Origin: Vicugna vicugna
Taxonomy: Eukaryota
Assembly (NCBI GenBank): GCA_013265495.1
Contig: MU062317.1
Coordinates: 868,001 to 932,000, forward strand
Direction of reading: 5' to 3'
DNA length: 64,000 nucleotides
Part shown: positions 1 to 12,229 of the stretch, piece by piece
Layout of the letters: each line of letters starts with the position of its first letter
How positions within the stretch are numbered: position 1 is the stretch's first letter
The notes under the pieces: model-generated
The model's database searches: none
What the model was told of the DNA's origin: nothing
Seen by the model: only the letters and a program-made list of their open reading frames with translations
Position numbers and translations under genes: made by a program

Positions 1-899
1 TCTCGGTCTCCTCTCAGGGGACCCTCTGTGCGGTGCTGTGTCTGCTGCAGGGATGGCAGCCGGCTTCTCACCACGTGAGGTTCTCCTGTGGACACGGCTG
101 CCCCGCTCAGGATCAAGGCAGACAGAAGCAGACTCTGCTTCCAAGAGGGTGCTAACAGCGGCCTGGGGCCCCGGGAACAGGCCTGTGCCCCAGGAACGCG
201 GGCACCCCGCAGCCCTGCCCGGAGGCAGCCCCAGCTGTGGCTTTGCAGAGCCACGCTCACCTCGCACGCAGACTCCCCCCACACATGTGACCACGCGCAC
301 GACCCCATCTGTGTCTGAGTTGGACCACGCAAAGGCCAGAGCCTCGTACTCAAGTCCCAGAGCCCTGTAGGGTCCGGTCCTTAACAGACAGCCATTTATT
401 CTCCTGTCTCGGCCCAATTTACATTCCGTATGATTGGGCCCCTTGCCATTTTACTGAGGGGCTGTAGTTCAGCTCACTGACAGGAGAGGGCGTGAGGGTG
501 CCCTCCGCGTTGCTCTGCATCCAGGAAGGAGGAAGTAGGTTTTTCAAGAGATGGCACCTGGCCGCCGTGGCTTTGAGCACGAAGCACCCTCCTCTAAGGG
601 ACAGCCTTGCTACTCCCTTCAGAGTCTCCCGTCACTCATGCCCGTGTGCTGCTGCCTGGGGCGATGGCTGCCCGGGGCGCCCAGCTGTGCGGCCAGAGGC
701 CGTAAGCCCATCAGTCTAGCCCGCCTGGTCCTGCCTTTTCTTCTTCCAAGTGTGGGCAGAGGACCCCAAGGCTCAGCGGAGAAGCGGTAGGAAGCCATGG
801 GAAATGCACGTCCCTGCCCCTGGACGTGGCTTCTAGTGCCATGTGGGTGGGCTGGGGTGACACCGAGGAATGCCCCCCCCCAGGACGGGAGCCGGCTGA

Positions 900-990
900 G
901 CTGGGCTGAGCCTTGGCTCTGCCTCCACGTCGGGGAAGCCAATATGGCCCCTGGGCCTCAGTTTCCCCAACTGGCCATTGAGGGGGGAGA
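900..990 (+). mobile_element. MIR SINE fragment (degenerate)
   Basis: CTGGGCCTCAGTTTCCCCAACTG matches the MIR core (ctctgggcctcagtttcctcatctgtaaaatgggg) and is preceded by CCTTGGCTCTGCC, which matches the MIR 5' part. Consensus recalled from memory. Confidence 0.55.
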
Positions 991-1885
991 TCAAACAAGA
1001 GCTCAGAGCCCTCCCATCCCCAGAGCCAGGGGCCAGCCCGCAAGCGTCCATCCCCACCGCACCGTGGGGGGCTTCCCCCATCTGCCCCACAGGCCCCCTC
1101 AGCTCTCCTGGGACCAGGAGGCAGGCCATCCCCTCTGCCCAAAGGCTAATGCTCCTGAGTCGGAGGAGGCTGCACCCTTTGGAATAAATGCCCGAGCTCG
1201 TCAGAAGAAGACAGCGGCCGCTCCCGACTCGTCCTTCAGATGCTGAACCTCCTGCTGGCTCCTAACTCCCCGTCCCTCCCTGCCACCTGTCCTCCACACC
1301 CGACGGGGCCACACGTCCAAGCCTCCTCCCCGGGTCGCGCTGGGCGGTGGGGAGCACAGGGCTGAGGCCTGGGGAGCAGCGAGACCCCTGGTGCTGCTGG
1401 CCCGGCTCACGCTGGATGCCACTGAAAGCGCTTTTGCTGCCCGGGTCCTGGAGGAACCCTCTCCTCCCGGCTTCCCTGACGGACATCAAAGCCGGACCCA
1501 CAGGTCAGAGTTCCCGGCGTCACTCCAAACATCATGCCACGTTTGCAGCCACTCACGGTATTAAAAATGTAAATGCATTAATTGCGGAGCTCGGGGCCTC
1601 ATTTTTCACTCACAGGTGCATTTTTCCAAGGAAAGCGGGGAGAGGGCCGGCCGCCACTGCGCCCCGTCGGCGCTGTGGCTTCTCTTCACGCCGCAGCTCT
1701 GTCAGGGAGCGGGCGAGCCCCTCCTGGGTTCCCGCCCGACGACGCTCGGGGCTGACACGCCGACCTCTTGTGACGCGCAGTGAGGAAATGCGGCTGTTGA
1801 GATTCCCCGCCTGCAGGGGGTTCAAGGCCCTGAGCGTTTGTCTGGCAAAGAGGGAGCCAAGAACCCTGAGGTGGAGAAGAAATTA

Positions 1886-1979
1886 TACACACGACACACA
1901 CAAACACACACACACACACGCCACACATACTGACACACACACACCGCACACAGGCACGCCTACCATTTACACACACACG
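1886..1979. repeat. Interrupted (CA)n microsatellite
   Basis: Directly visible: ACACACGACACACACAAACACACACACACACACGCCACACATACTGACACACACACACC... Confidence 0.9.
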
Positions 1980-1984
1980 ATGTG

Positions 1985-2640
1985 TTGACACTTCTTCCCC
2001 CACGTTTTCTGGTTTAAATTGTAGAAGAAGAAGAAGAAAAACGACATGGAAAAAAGTGAATTTGAACCAGATCATTTTCTTAAACGCACGCACAGCGACA
2101 CCCAAATCCCTCAGGAACAGGACCGCGTCTGAGAAGGCGGCAGGTCACCAGCCCGTTAGGACGGAGCAGAAAGGGGCAGGGGAGACGCTCTTACTTCAGT
2201 TATTAAAAGTCCTATATGTGACTTCCCTTGTAATTGAATTTCACCGCATAATTTAAGAAAAGCCGCACAAAAAAAACTTGTAGTGAAAAACTGGGGTATA
2301 ATTTTCTTCAATCAACTCCGGCTCATGACTGCAATTACCCCAAGCCTTTGCGAGCCTCGCTGTGATGCTCCGGGGACGGGCCTTGGAGCCGCCGTGGGTG
2401 GCGTCCTTTCATGTGCCTCTCAAACCGTTCCTTATTGTAAGGTTTCAAATTAGCGCTAGCAGCAATGAGCAAATTTGATAATTCGATCTCAAATTAGTTA
2501 ATGTAGTGTGCCAGTAACCGCTAACTAGAGCATTACAAAGAGGAAAACGTATCTTTTGGAGTTGGGATATGAAGTTAACCAGCCTGTCATTTTGCCTTCG
2601 GAAACTTCTTGGGGTCTTTACGGAAAGGAAATAATCCCAC
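1985..2640. promoter_or_regulatory. AT-rich, non-repeat island; putative conserved non-coding element or enhancer
   Basis: Abrupt drop in GC, no repeat similarity seen, several TAAT/ATTA cores, and TCAAATTAG at both 2445 and 2489. Function is inferred, not shown. Confidence 0.45.
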
Positions 2641-3639
2641 GAGCAACGTGCATCCTTCTCGGCGCTAGTGGTGGACGAGGCGGGGGGGAGGCCGGGCCGT
2701 GTGCGCAAGCTCAGGGCGGTGATGCTCGCCCTGCCTGGCCTGCCCGCAGAGGGCTTCCCCGGGCGCTGGGCCTGGAGGCCACAGCCCGTCAGAGGCTCCG
2801 CGAGGAGCTGAGAGGCAGGAGGGATCCGCCCCCACGGTGGCTCCGCCGTAGGGAGTCAGGTCCTGAAGGGCAAGTGGGATGTGGACGGAAGCAGGATGCT
2901 GCGGGGAGCCCAGGGGCACCCAGCCCTGGAGATGTCCCACGTCCCCGCACCTTCACCCCAGCACCCTGTCCGCCCAGGCCCGCGCCCAGCCCAGTCAGGG
3001 AGACGGCCCCAGGAAACCGGCGCCCAGCGTGCACCTGGTCGTCAGCTGGGATCCCCCAGGGGGTCAGGGAGGGTCTGGCTAGGGGGGCCCTCCGCCTCGT
3101 CTCATCCCCAACAACCCTCAGGGAAGGGCCTGCCACGTGCAGGAGCAGGCAGCCTGGGGGCAGGCACCCCTTGCAGCAAGTGGCCAGAGAGACGGTCCAC
3201 CCAGCGGTCGCACGGTCAGAGGGGTCAGGAGGGGGCGCTCCCCAGTGCTTTCTGGGCCCCAGGCCGCGGGGAGCCGCTGGCCTGTGTCTGGGTCATCACT
3301 TCGCGGCTGCACTGCGTCTCTGCACCCCTGCTTCCCACGCAAGTATCCCCGCTTCCGGCTGCACCGCCGGCCCCCCTCCCCCCAGCCCCTCACTCCCCTG
3401 GGGCCCTCCAGCACGTGGTGTCTGTCCTTGGTGCTCAAGCAGCTCTCAGTCTTCCCTGGAAGCTGAATGGATGTGCAGTGAGCCCTGAGGGGTCCGAGCT
3501 CTTTCAGACTGGACCTGATCCTTGCCTTGGAAGAGGGAGGTTTCCCTTGGAACAAGATGCTAACTGCCCCCATGTCCCCCACGGTGCAAGGAAAACCCAG
3601 TAAGTAAAGCGGGAAGGAAGGGCTGGAAAGACCCCGTGG

Positions 3640-5050
3640 CCCTGAACTTGCTGCTTTAATCAGAGCTGAGAGGTCCGTCCCGCCCCCACCACCCGCCCCC
3701 AGTCAGTGACAGCCGACTCCTGCCTGAAACGGTTTAAAAGGAACAGGAGCCGCTCTTTATCTGTGTGGCCTGAGCCCATTTACTCCGGGAGAGAGCCCCA
3801 GCCCCTGTCCGGCTGAAAGCCACGGCTTGTTCTCTCATCTGATGGATGAAAGGAATCTGGAAGCCTGATACTGTCCCCTGAGATGTCATTCAAATCCTCC
3901 GATACCTTCTCCAGGCAGGGCCACCGCCACCGGCCGGCCGACGCATCCCCCGCCCCCGCCCCCGCGTCCCGGGCCCTCACCTGGGAGGAGCCGGGCTCTG
4001 ATCAATAGAGAGCAGAGTGGCAGGAGGGGGGGGTCGCTCTGCGACTGGTGGCCGGGAAGTAAAAACGTGATTAGGAGCGAAGTCGCTGGGGATGCTGCAA
4101 ATTGGAGCTCTTTGAAACCAGCCTGGGCAGATCCGCTTTCCTTCACGCGGGGGTTCTTGTCAGTTTTCATGGAAAGGAAAAGATGAAAAATGCAGCAGAC
4201 AAAGCTTGCGGCCCCTCCTCTCCGGCTGCACGGGGACAGCAGCAACGTTCTCTCGGCTCATTAAAAAAGTCCAGCGAAGAGCAACTGCTAAGTGCTTCCT
4301 CTTAAAGAGAACAAAGGGAAAGCGGCGGGTCTGAATGGTTCTTACTGATGGCTTACAAACGTGCCCAGTCCTTCAGCGAGCTCTTCCTTGCCAGTCCTCC
4401 TTGGTTCCCTTCCAAACATCCCTTCCACCGCAGTCCTCCCCAGCCCGAATAATAATTCAAACAAACTTTAACATCTATCGATGCAGCATTCCAGGGTGAT
4501 GGATTTGCCCCTCTTCCTGAAATTCAAATATAAACCCCCAGCCTTCTGCAAAGTAACCGTGGCAGCTTGATTTATCTGGGCTGCTGCAGGGTTGCCCTGT
4601 AGACTTTCAAAAACTTGGAAAGGGGAAGAATGCGGGGAGAGGGAGGGGAGCGAGGGGGGAGGGGGAGCGGGTGGAGAGCGGGAGAGGCTGGAGCGAGGTC
4701 CCTGCGGCCCTGCCTGGGCTGCCATCCTGCCCCACGGGAGCGGCGGCTTCCCTGAGAGCAGGGGAGGGAGGGGGCAGGAGGGGACTTGGTTCAGAGCAGT
4801 CCGCGCGCTCAGTCAATCCGTCTTTCCCCGGATGTCGCTAATCTGCACATTTCTCTTCTTGTGTGATGTTACCATCGCTTCATCATAAATGGGCTATGAA
4901 GACATTGGGAGCTGCTACTGTTGTAATCTATCCAAGATGAATAGGGGCGAAGGCTGCAATAAACTCCCCGCTTCCTGTCCCATCTGTCTGCCAGACTGCG
5001 GCTGCAGGTCAGGGCCATCCTCCCTCCAGGCTGGTAATTGCGAAAAACGA
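3640..5050. promoter_or_regulatory. Putative enhancer block with PBX-HOX-type motifs
   Basis: TGACAG at 3707, TGATGGAT at 3840 and 4497, TGATCAAT at 3999, TGATTTAT at 4568. Lower GC than the flanks and no repeat recognised. Confidence 0.4.
4634..4671 (+). other. G-quadruplex-forming motif
   Basis: Six runs of 3 or more G with loops of 1-5 nt: GGGGAGAGGGAGGGGAGCGAGGGGGGAGGGGGAGCGGG. Confidence 0.7.
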
Positions 5051-5599
5051 AGCAGCTGAACCCAAACCGAAGATCAAAGGGCCCAGGAGGAGGCAAGGAG
5101 GGGGCGCTTCGCTGAGAACACGCTGGCCACGGGGGCGAAGGCGATTCGGGGAGAAACAAAAACACGGGCCTCCACCTTCCCCGTTAACAAAGCGAGGGAG
5201 AGGAGAGCGGGCAGATAGGCTTCTGCTCCCGCGCTGGCGCGAGGCGCCCAGGCACCGGGATGCAGTCCTGGGTCCATCCTTGTCCTCACCCCCTCCAGCC
5301 CGCAAGCCCCCTCTGCCATCTGATCAGCCACACGTGCAAGAAAACCCCTCAGCCTCCGTGGAGAGACCCCCCCCCGCCTTCTCTCTGGGGCCAATTTAAA
5401 AGCCGTGGCCCAGACGCACTGTCCTCCTGTCCCCAAACGTCCGCCCCCTCCCACACGGGGATGTCCTGGCCCCCGCACCCGCCACTTCCCAGGCCGCCCC
5501 GGGACCCGGGCTTCCTGCCCTTAGATTTAGGTGCCCCAGCCCCCGCGAGGGAGGGCGTCCCACTGGAAGAGGACGCTGCTGAAGCTGCTTCTCAGGGTC

Positions 5600-5870
5600 C
5601 CCTGCTCGGTGACTCATTAATTACATTTTATATTCACAGGGACAAAACTCTGCCACCAGCCGGTGCTTCCCCCCACCACCGGCAATAAATCGTAGCCAGG
5701 AGTGCTAACAGTGTTCACATTTACTCCTATTAATTCTTCCTGTTTCTGGATGCTGGGCCAGGTCCAGACTCGCGGCATTACAAGCTTTCCTGCTGGAGAA
5801 GCGAGGCCTCTCGGCTGCGTTCCAGTTATAACTGGCAGCTAATACCTTCACACATTCGCAAATCCCAGAG
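5600..5870. promoter_or_regulatory. AT-rich island with AP-1/homeodomain motifs and a 14-bp palindrome
   Basis: TGACTCA (5610-5616) abuts TTAATTA (5617-5623); CCAGTTATAACTGG at 5822-5835. Confidence 0.4.
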
Positions 5871-7801
5871 CCGCCGGGGCAGGGGGAGCTCGGGGTTTGC
5901 CGGGGTCAGCGGATGGCTGCGCTCAGGGCCCCCGGGAAGTGAGCGGGTCCAGCCCCCGAGGGGGCGGGCCGAGTGGGGCCCACGCAGCCTCCGAGGTTTC
6001 TAATTTTGGAAAACAGTTTCCATTCCTATTTTATTTTTTCTTTCCTCTTCCTTCCTCTCTCACCTGGATGCCGGGCCGGGGGAAGGGGAGGCAGGGATCT
6101 GCAGGGGGCCGTGCGCGGTGGTCCTCCCCAGTGCTCCTCCTTTCCCGACCTGCCTGGGGCCATTTACAAGTTCACAAGCGGCTGGACTCTTTCCTCACAA
6201 GGGCTTCTTGTAAATTCAGTGCCAGGCATGAGGGTGCTGGGCTGCCCCATCTGACTCACCGCTTCAGCGATGACTAATCGTTACAGCGAACATGGACCCA
6301 GCTCCGGCCGTGCCGGGGCGGAGTGGGTCTCCGGGAGGGTTTCCGAGACGGCTAGCAGTTAAATTCCTCTACAACTACTGCTCCCGCCTCGGGGTCTAAG
6401 CCCTCGTGGGCACAAAGCGGAGGATGAGGCAGCAGCGGGAGCCACGTCCTCTCCACCGCCAGCTCCTCGGGACGGGCATTCTCTGCACAGGGCGGAGGGC
6501 AGACAGCGCGTGGCCCCTTTCCGGGAGAGCCCGGGCCTCCGGGGCCCAGCGCCCGCGGGGCTTCCAGGACGCGCGCCCAAGGGCCCTCAGCGTGCGCGTG
6601 GGTGCACACGCGTGTGCCCGTGCGTTCTGAGCAGCCGTTCTCCCATAGGTCAGGATCACACGTGTTCCAGATCCAGGCACACTTTTCAGAAGTTATTTCT
6701 GGAAAAATGTTGAATCTCATAACAGCAATAAAAGGAAAACAGCAGCGCAGCCAACATAAATGTCTATTTGGAACATGCTTGAAAAGCATCGGAATATTTG
6801 TGTAAGTTTGAAATTCCAGCCTTCAGAGGGGAGCGGCTTGGCCGTCGGTGGGCTTTGGGGAAAGGCTGGAGGGTCCGTTTCCGAAAACACCTTGTCCATT
6901 TGCTGTCCGGACCCGCTGGCCCGGGGCTCCTGGATGGGCTCACGGAGCTTTCCACTGAGGGAGCAACACCAGCGTCAGACGCAGCAAAGCCCAGGGAAGC
7001 GGGGCTGCCGGCGGGTGGGTGGCTGGTGGGGGAGTCTGGCCTCCACGACCAGCCTCTTGTCCCACGGGGTCCTGTGGTCCTGCAGCCTGGGGCCAGTCCT
7101 GCTCTCCCATCAGTCAGACCCCTGCTGCTCGCCAACCCGATGGCTTCCTCACTGGGGCCCTGCACGGACTGCAGGCTCTGGTGCGAGGTGAGCGTGGGAG
7201 CAAGCAGAGAAAAGCCTGGGGGGGACGCGGATGCCGGTGGCACCACTGATGCCTGCCTAGTGCCTGAGACCAGCTGGGTTGAGCAGAGGCCCTTGCATCC
7301 GTGATCTCGTTCAGCGCCAGCAGCGCCAGGGATCCTGAGTGCTGTCCTGAGCCGCACAAGGGGATGCAGGACAGGACCAGAGCCCAGGGCACCTCTCCAG
7401 AGCGGGCAAGCTGGGCTTCGAACCTGCTGTCAGCCTGCGAGGCCTGGACCTTGCTGGCCGGGAGCCGACCCCCTGAGACTGGGGAGGGGCTGTGCAGAAC
7501 AGACACTCGTGGCTTCCCGGCCCTTCTGGGCCCAGGGGCGAGCGAGGCTCTGTCTGCGAGGCAGATGGTGAATTCAGGTGTCCCTGGTGGGAGGTGGGAT
7601 GGAACTGGGGTCATTCTCCTGGGACGAGAGACCAGCTGGGCTGCCGGGGACCGGCAAGGGCGGGGTCCAGCCTGTGGGACCAGCCTTGGAGGAGGGTGGA
7701 CAGCAGCCCCTTGCCCAGCGGGGTCCTGTGGTCTCAAAGCCCAGTGTGTCCCACTGCTCCCGCCCTCCCTGCCATGCCCCCCAGGTGGGCTCTGGGGACC
7801 G

Positions 7802-7858
7802 CTCTGTGCCTCAGTTTACCCGTCGGTTAGGAGGTCAGGTGAGGGTTAAATGAAGACC
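7802..7858 (+). mobile_element. MIR fragment
   Basis: CTCTGTGCCTCAGTTT (MIR core) followed by GTGAGGGTTAAATGA, which resembles gtgaggattaaatga. Confidence 0.55.
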
Positions 7859-10800
7859 ATCTCTGCCAGGCTTGGCCCGATCTGGACCCGTGAGTGGCCT
7901 GTGATGACTCCTCCTCCCTTTCCCGCTGCACCTCTGACTTCCCTGAGACCTGCCCACAGGGCCTGAGGATCGTGGCCTGGAAGGTTCCCGGAGCCAGGAC
8001 CGTGCCTTGGAGCCGTGGGCACAGGGCAGAGGGAGGCAGATACACCGGAGGGCTGGCGTCCAGGCGATTTGAGGGAGAAAGAAAGACTCTCTCTCTGGAC
8101 TTGCCTCCTCCTGTTTGCTTCCAAAAGTGAAAGAAAGCAAGAGAGAAAACGCAGACACACCGCACCCACTTTTTGGGAAAAACAGCAAAGACGCGTGCCC
8201 GGGGGGGAGCGGCGCTAACACTGCAGGACTGTTGCAGGAGGTCTGGTTCTTGTTAGCGGGCGACTGCCCGGTCCCTGCGCAGGACAGGGCGCCCGCCCTG
8301 AGGGTTAACCCCTTCCCGCCCCGCTGCCCTCGCCCATGAACGCACGCAGCGCGGCACGCAAGGCGGCGGGGGGTCTCGGGCCAGGCGCAGTGGAGGACCC
8401 CTCCGCCACCAACGACAGCTCTCGCTAGAGCTCACGTACGCATGGGCACACGCATGCACACGCATGCACACACACGTCTGCACACTGGGACCTTCCTCCC
8501 CGGGGCTCTCACTTGAGGTTCGGCAAAGAGTCACTAAAATAATTGAAGGGTGGGACACAGCGGGGCGGAGGGGGCAGGAGTGAGGGTGGCGATGAGGAGG
8601 CAGAGGGGGTCTGGGTGGGGTCACACCAGGTCCCTGCGGGTGAGGTGGGCTTGCAGAGGAGGGGCTGTCAGTGGCACTGGTCACCTAGCAACCCCGCTGG
8701 TCGTAGCTCTGTCCCGGGAGAGCCTGACCTCACCGGCCGGGTTTGGTTGGGACCTGCAGGCAGCTCAGGGACCCCTGGGGTTGTGAGGCCAGGAGCAGCC
8801 AGTGCCTAGGGGAGGAGGCTGCGTGCTGTGGCCCCACCAGGCAGCCACTGCCTTACTTAGCTGGGGAGAGGGCGCGTGGGGCACTGCTGGGGCTGCGGTC
8901 TCCCCGCTCGGACGGGTGGTGGGATTCCGAACTGAAAGGCTGGCTCACTGTGGGCTCTTGTCTTTGGTTCACATCTGAGCAGCCTTCACCCATAGTAACT
9001 CCGCCACCCTCCCCCAGGGCCGCTATGGAGGGGGCGTCCATGTGACGCCTGCTTTACAGAAGAGGGTGTGACCGTCCCGGCCCTCAGCTGGGCAGGGGCA
9101 GGCAGAGCCCCAGCCTGGGGCCCTGGGCCCTGAGCATCGGGGTGCTGAGCTCTGCTGGAAAGTCTCCAACCAACACGGACCTGCCCATGTGACAGTATCC
9201 CAGCTTCGTATTTTAAAACGTGCCTTTTTATGTGTGAGGACGCAGAGGGCGGACACACGGGGGACAAGGGAAGGCACGCCTTGGGGAGCTCTTGTCCGAA
9301 GGAAGGGAAAGGGAGGCCTTCAGAGTGGGATCCGGGTGCTGGGGGGACGGCGTGGGGGTCGGGGGGGGCAGAGGGCCAGTTAACCTCAGTTTCTCCCCAA
9401 CCTTGGGGTGAAAACCTGGGGTGGGGACGAATCGGGGCTGGGGGCAGTGCAGACGGGACCTGGGGCATCGGGCGGGGGAGGGGGGGTTGCTGGTTGCTTG
9501 TTACTTGGTGTTTCCTAAGGAGGCGCCATGGGGGCTTGGCCGTTGCGAAAAGAAAGAAAACCAGGCCGGTGGACACACACGTGGCCAACACGAGAAGGTG
9601 GAGATTTGTACCCAGATTCGAGTCCCTCTCCCAGGACCAACCCCCAACCTCAGCCCACGCCCGCGCTCCCAGTTACCACCTCCTGGTGGGGGGCCGTGCA
9701 GGGCCGGGTCTGCAGATACCGCCCATCCGTGGGGGGACCAACCCCAGCTGCCCTGCTCGGCAGGTGGCTGAGGGGTTTTCTGGGACGCGGGACATTGAGC
9801 GTTAAAATCAGGACAGTCCTGGGCAAGCAGGATGGTTGACTGCCTACCGAGGTCACGCACAGCGGTGTGGCATCCGGGCCACAGCGCTGGGCAGGGGGAG
9901 GGAAGAGGCCGCCAGGCTGGGGAGGGCGCGACACTGCCCGGCAGTCGGTGTAAGGGCACACAGGACCGTGAGGCGAGGCCCCAGGGCCCAAGGTGAGGGG
10001 GATCGGGGGGTGAGGCTGGAGCCCGGGAGAGAGCTCGGGACTGTGGGCGAGGCCACGTGTGCTCCCCCATCCCCTCCTGGGGATTTTGCAGGCGACCCCT
10101 CCCTCTGAGAAGGCCAGCCGGCAAGATGCAGGCAAGAGGACCGTGTGAGGCCAAGCCACGGCAGCCCAGGCCAGCGCCCCCCAAACCATACCTCACCCAG
10201 CCTTCTGCCTGTTGCATGAATTGCATCTCAGCACAGCCATCTTAAAAACACAGTTATTGTTCAGGGCAAACATTTTTCTGCGGAATCGTGAAAGCTTCTA
10301 AAACATCCTACGTCCATGTGCAGTGATTTTCACAGAGAAGATCTCCGTCAGCGACATTTGTCCGTCACCACGTGGGTACGTACGGGGTCAAGTCCAGCCT
10401 CCCTGAATCCCAGGCCATTCAGGGCCTGAGTTGCTCTGGACCGCGAGGTTTTCCAGGTGACAGGGGGCTGTCCCTTTGGGCCACTCAGCTCTTTAATGTG
10501 GAAAACTTCTCAAGCACGTGCCTGTTCCTCGCCTTCTTAAATAAGAGGGTGTGCTCTGTGGCCGTCCTAGCACCCGGACCATCCTGAACTGCGGGTGCTG
10601 GGCTGCCCCCTCCACGCGCGCCCCGGGGGCCTCAGGGTGCATGACGCCCCGGGCATGTGTGTCCCTTCTGCTTCTGATCTGCTGGAGGCAGAGACCTGGG
10701 AAAACCGAGCTGGCTGGACGTGTTGGGATCTGGAGGGAAGGCATGCTGAGCCGGCCCTTCCGGCAACAGAGGAGCTCGGTGCCAGGGACACCCCTGCCTG

Positions 10801-12229
10801 CAACTCGGGCATGTTCCCAAGCCGGTGGTGGGACACCCAGCACGCGAACTTGCAGAGAAGGTGGGAGGGCTCTCCTTGGTCTACCCTGCGCCCGCACAGG
10901 TGGGCGAGCAGGAAAGTGCTTCCTGGAATGACCAACAAACGAATGGGGAGCCGGCAGGGGGCAGCTGCACCTTCCTGCCCAGAGGGGTTTCCCCTCCGTC
11001 TGGGATCCCAGCCCCGGTCCAAGGGGTGTGGTCACTGGAGGCCTGGGTTCTGCACAGATGAGGCACCCGTGTGATGTGGACCTGAGACGCTCACAAGGGA
11101 CAGAGTCCCGACCGCTCTGCACGTCCCTCCCCCGCCCCAGCCACGTGTCCTGCCCCGACCGACTGTGGGCTCTGCTGCCGCGGGGGGGGGTGCGGGGGGG
11201 CTCGGCCGCACCAGAGGTTCATACTGCCTGACGAGCTGCAGCCAAAGCCAGGAGATGCACGTGAGTGTCCACGAGCAAGAACGCCAGCAGGAAGCGGGAA
11301 GGAGTGGAAGGTCCGCGTAGACCTAGCTACGCAGCTGGACAGTCGCCAGCGACCAGGCCCCGGCCTTTAAACCCCCAGCAGCTGGCAGTGCGGGGGGACG
11401 GGGACGCACTTCCCTCCCCGGCCGGCCGGGCCCCAGCTCTTCCTGGGTCTCGCCGGGCGTGAGCTCCGCACACGGCTTCCAGCAGCCTCTCAGCTGCAGT
11501 TCTGCTATTTCAAAGTGTCCGTGGGCACCTCTTCCCGGTGGCTCCTTTGTGGACGTTAATGGTCATGGTCTTGCACAAAAGGACCGAGATGCTTCACTGC
11601 TGCTTGGAACGCGGGCAGCCTTCCTCGTCGGATTCCTTCCAGCCCAGAGCATCTCGGATGCGTGTTTATTTATTGCCCAGGGCTGCTGGGCCTGGACGAG
11701 CCTTCCTCAATAGGATCAATTCTAGGGCCCAGAGTGCGGAGGTCCAGAGGGGACCCTGTGCTCTGAGGCCACCCTGTCCTCTCTGGAGAATTCGGCGCCT
11801 TGCCGGAGGGACAGGGAGAGACAGTCAGGTTCCATCAGACCAGCTCCTGGCGCAGCTGTCGTGCAGGCACATGGAGGACCAGTCGGGGGCGTGGCCAGGA
11901 CCGGGCTCTGTCTGGTCCCCCTCACTCAGAAAGCCTGCTGAGGCCGGCAGTTCTGCAGCACGAGGGTGAGATGCAAGGCTCTGTTCACACAAGCCAAGGT
12001 GGGCATTTGTCCTGATTTCAGCAGACAAGACCTGTCCAGAGAAAGTTCCATGGGAAACTGCCTCTCCTCCTGCTCTCTGGAGGGTGACCGTCCCCACCCA
12101 AGCCCTCAGCTACGCTCCTGCAACATGATCCCTAGGCCTCCAAAGCTGGCCCCCCACGGTCCTGTCAGAAAGGGCACACACACACGGGGTACACGGCCAA
12201 GACGGCAGCACAGAGCAACGGGGCGTGTG

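Noticed and set aside
2556-3488. 310-aa ORF (also 20310-21356, 26170-27078, 40894-42000 and 56786-57655)
   Set aside because: Composition is rich in Pro, Gly, Arg and Ala, ORFs overlap in several frames on both strands, many start at non-ATG codons, and no domain is recognisable. This is expected from stop-codon scarcity at high GC.
6604-6617. 14-bp palindrome GCACACGCGTGTGC (and the 10-bp inverted repeat at 34969/34992)
   Set aside because: Such palindromes are expected within alternating CA/TG/CG tracts.
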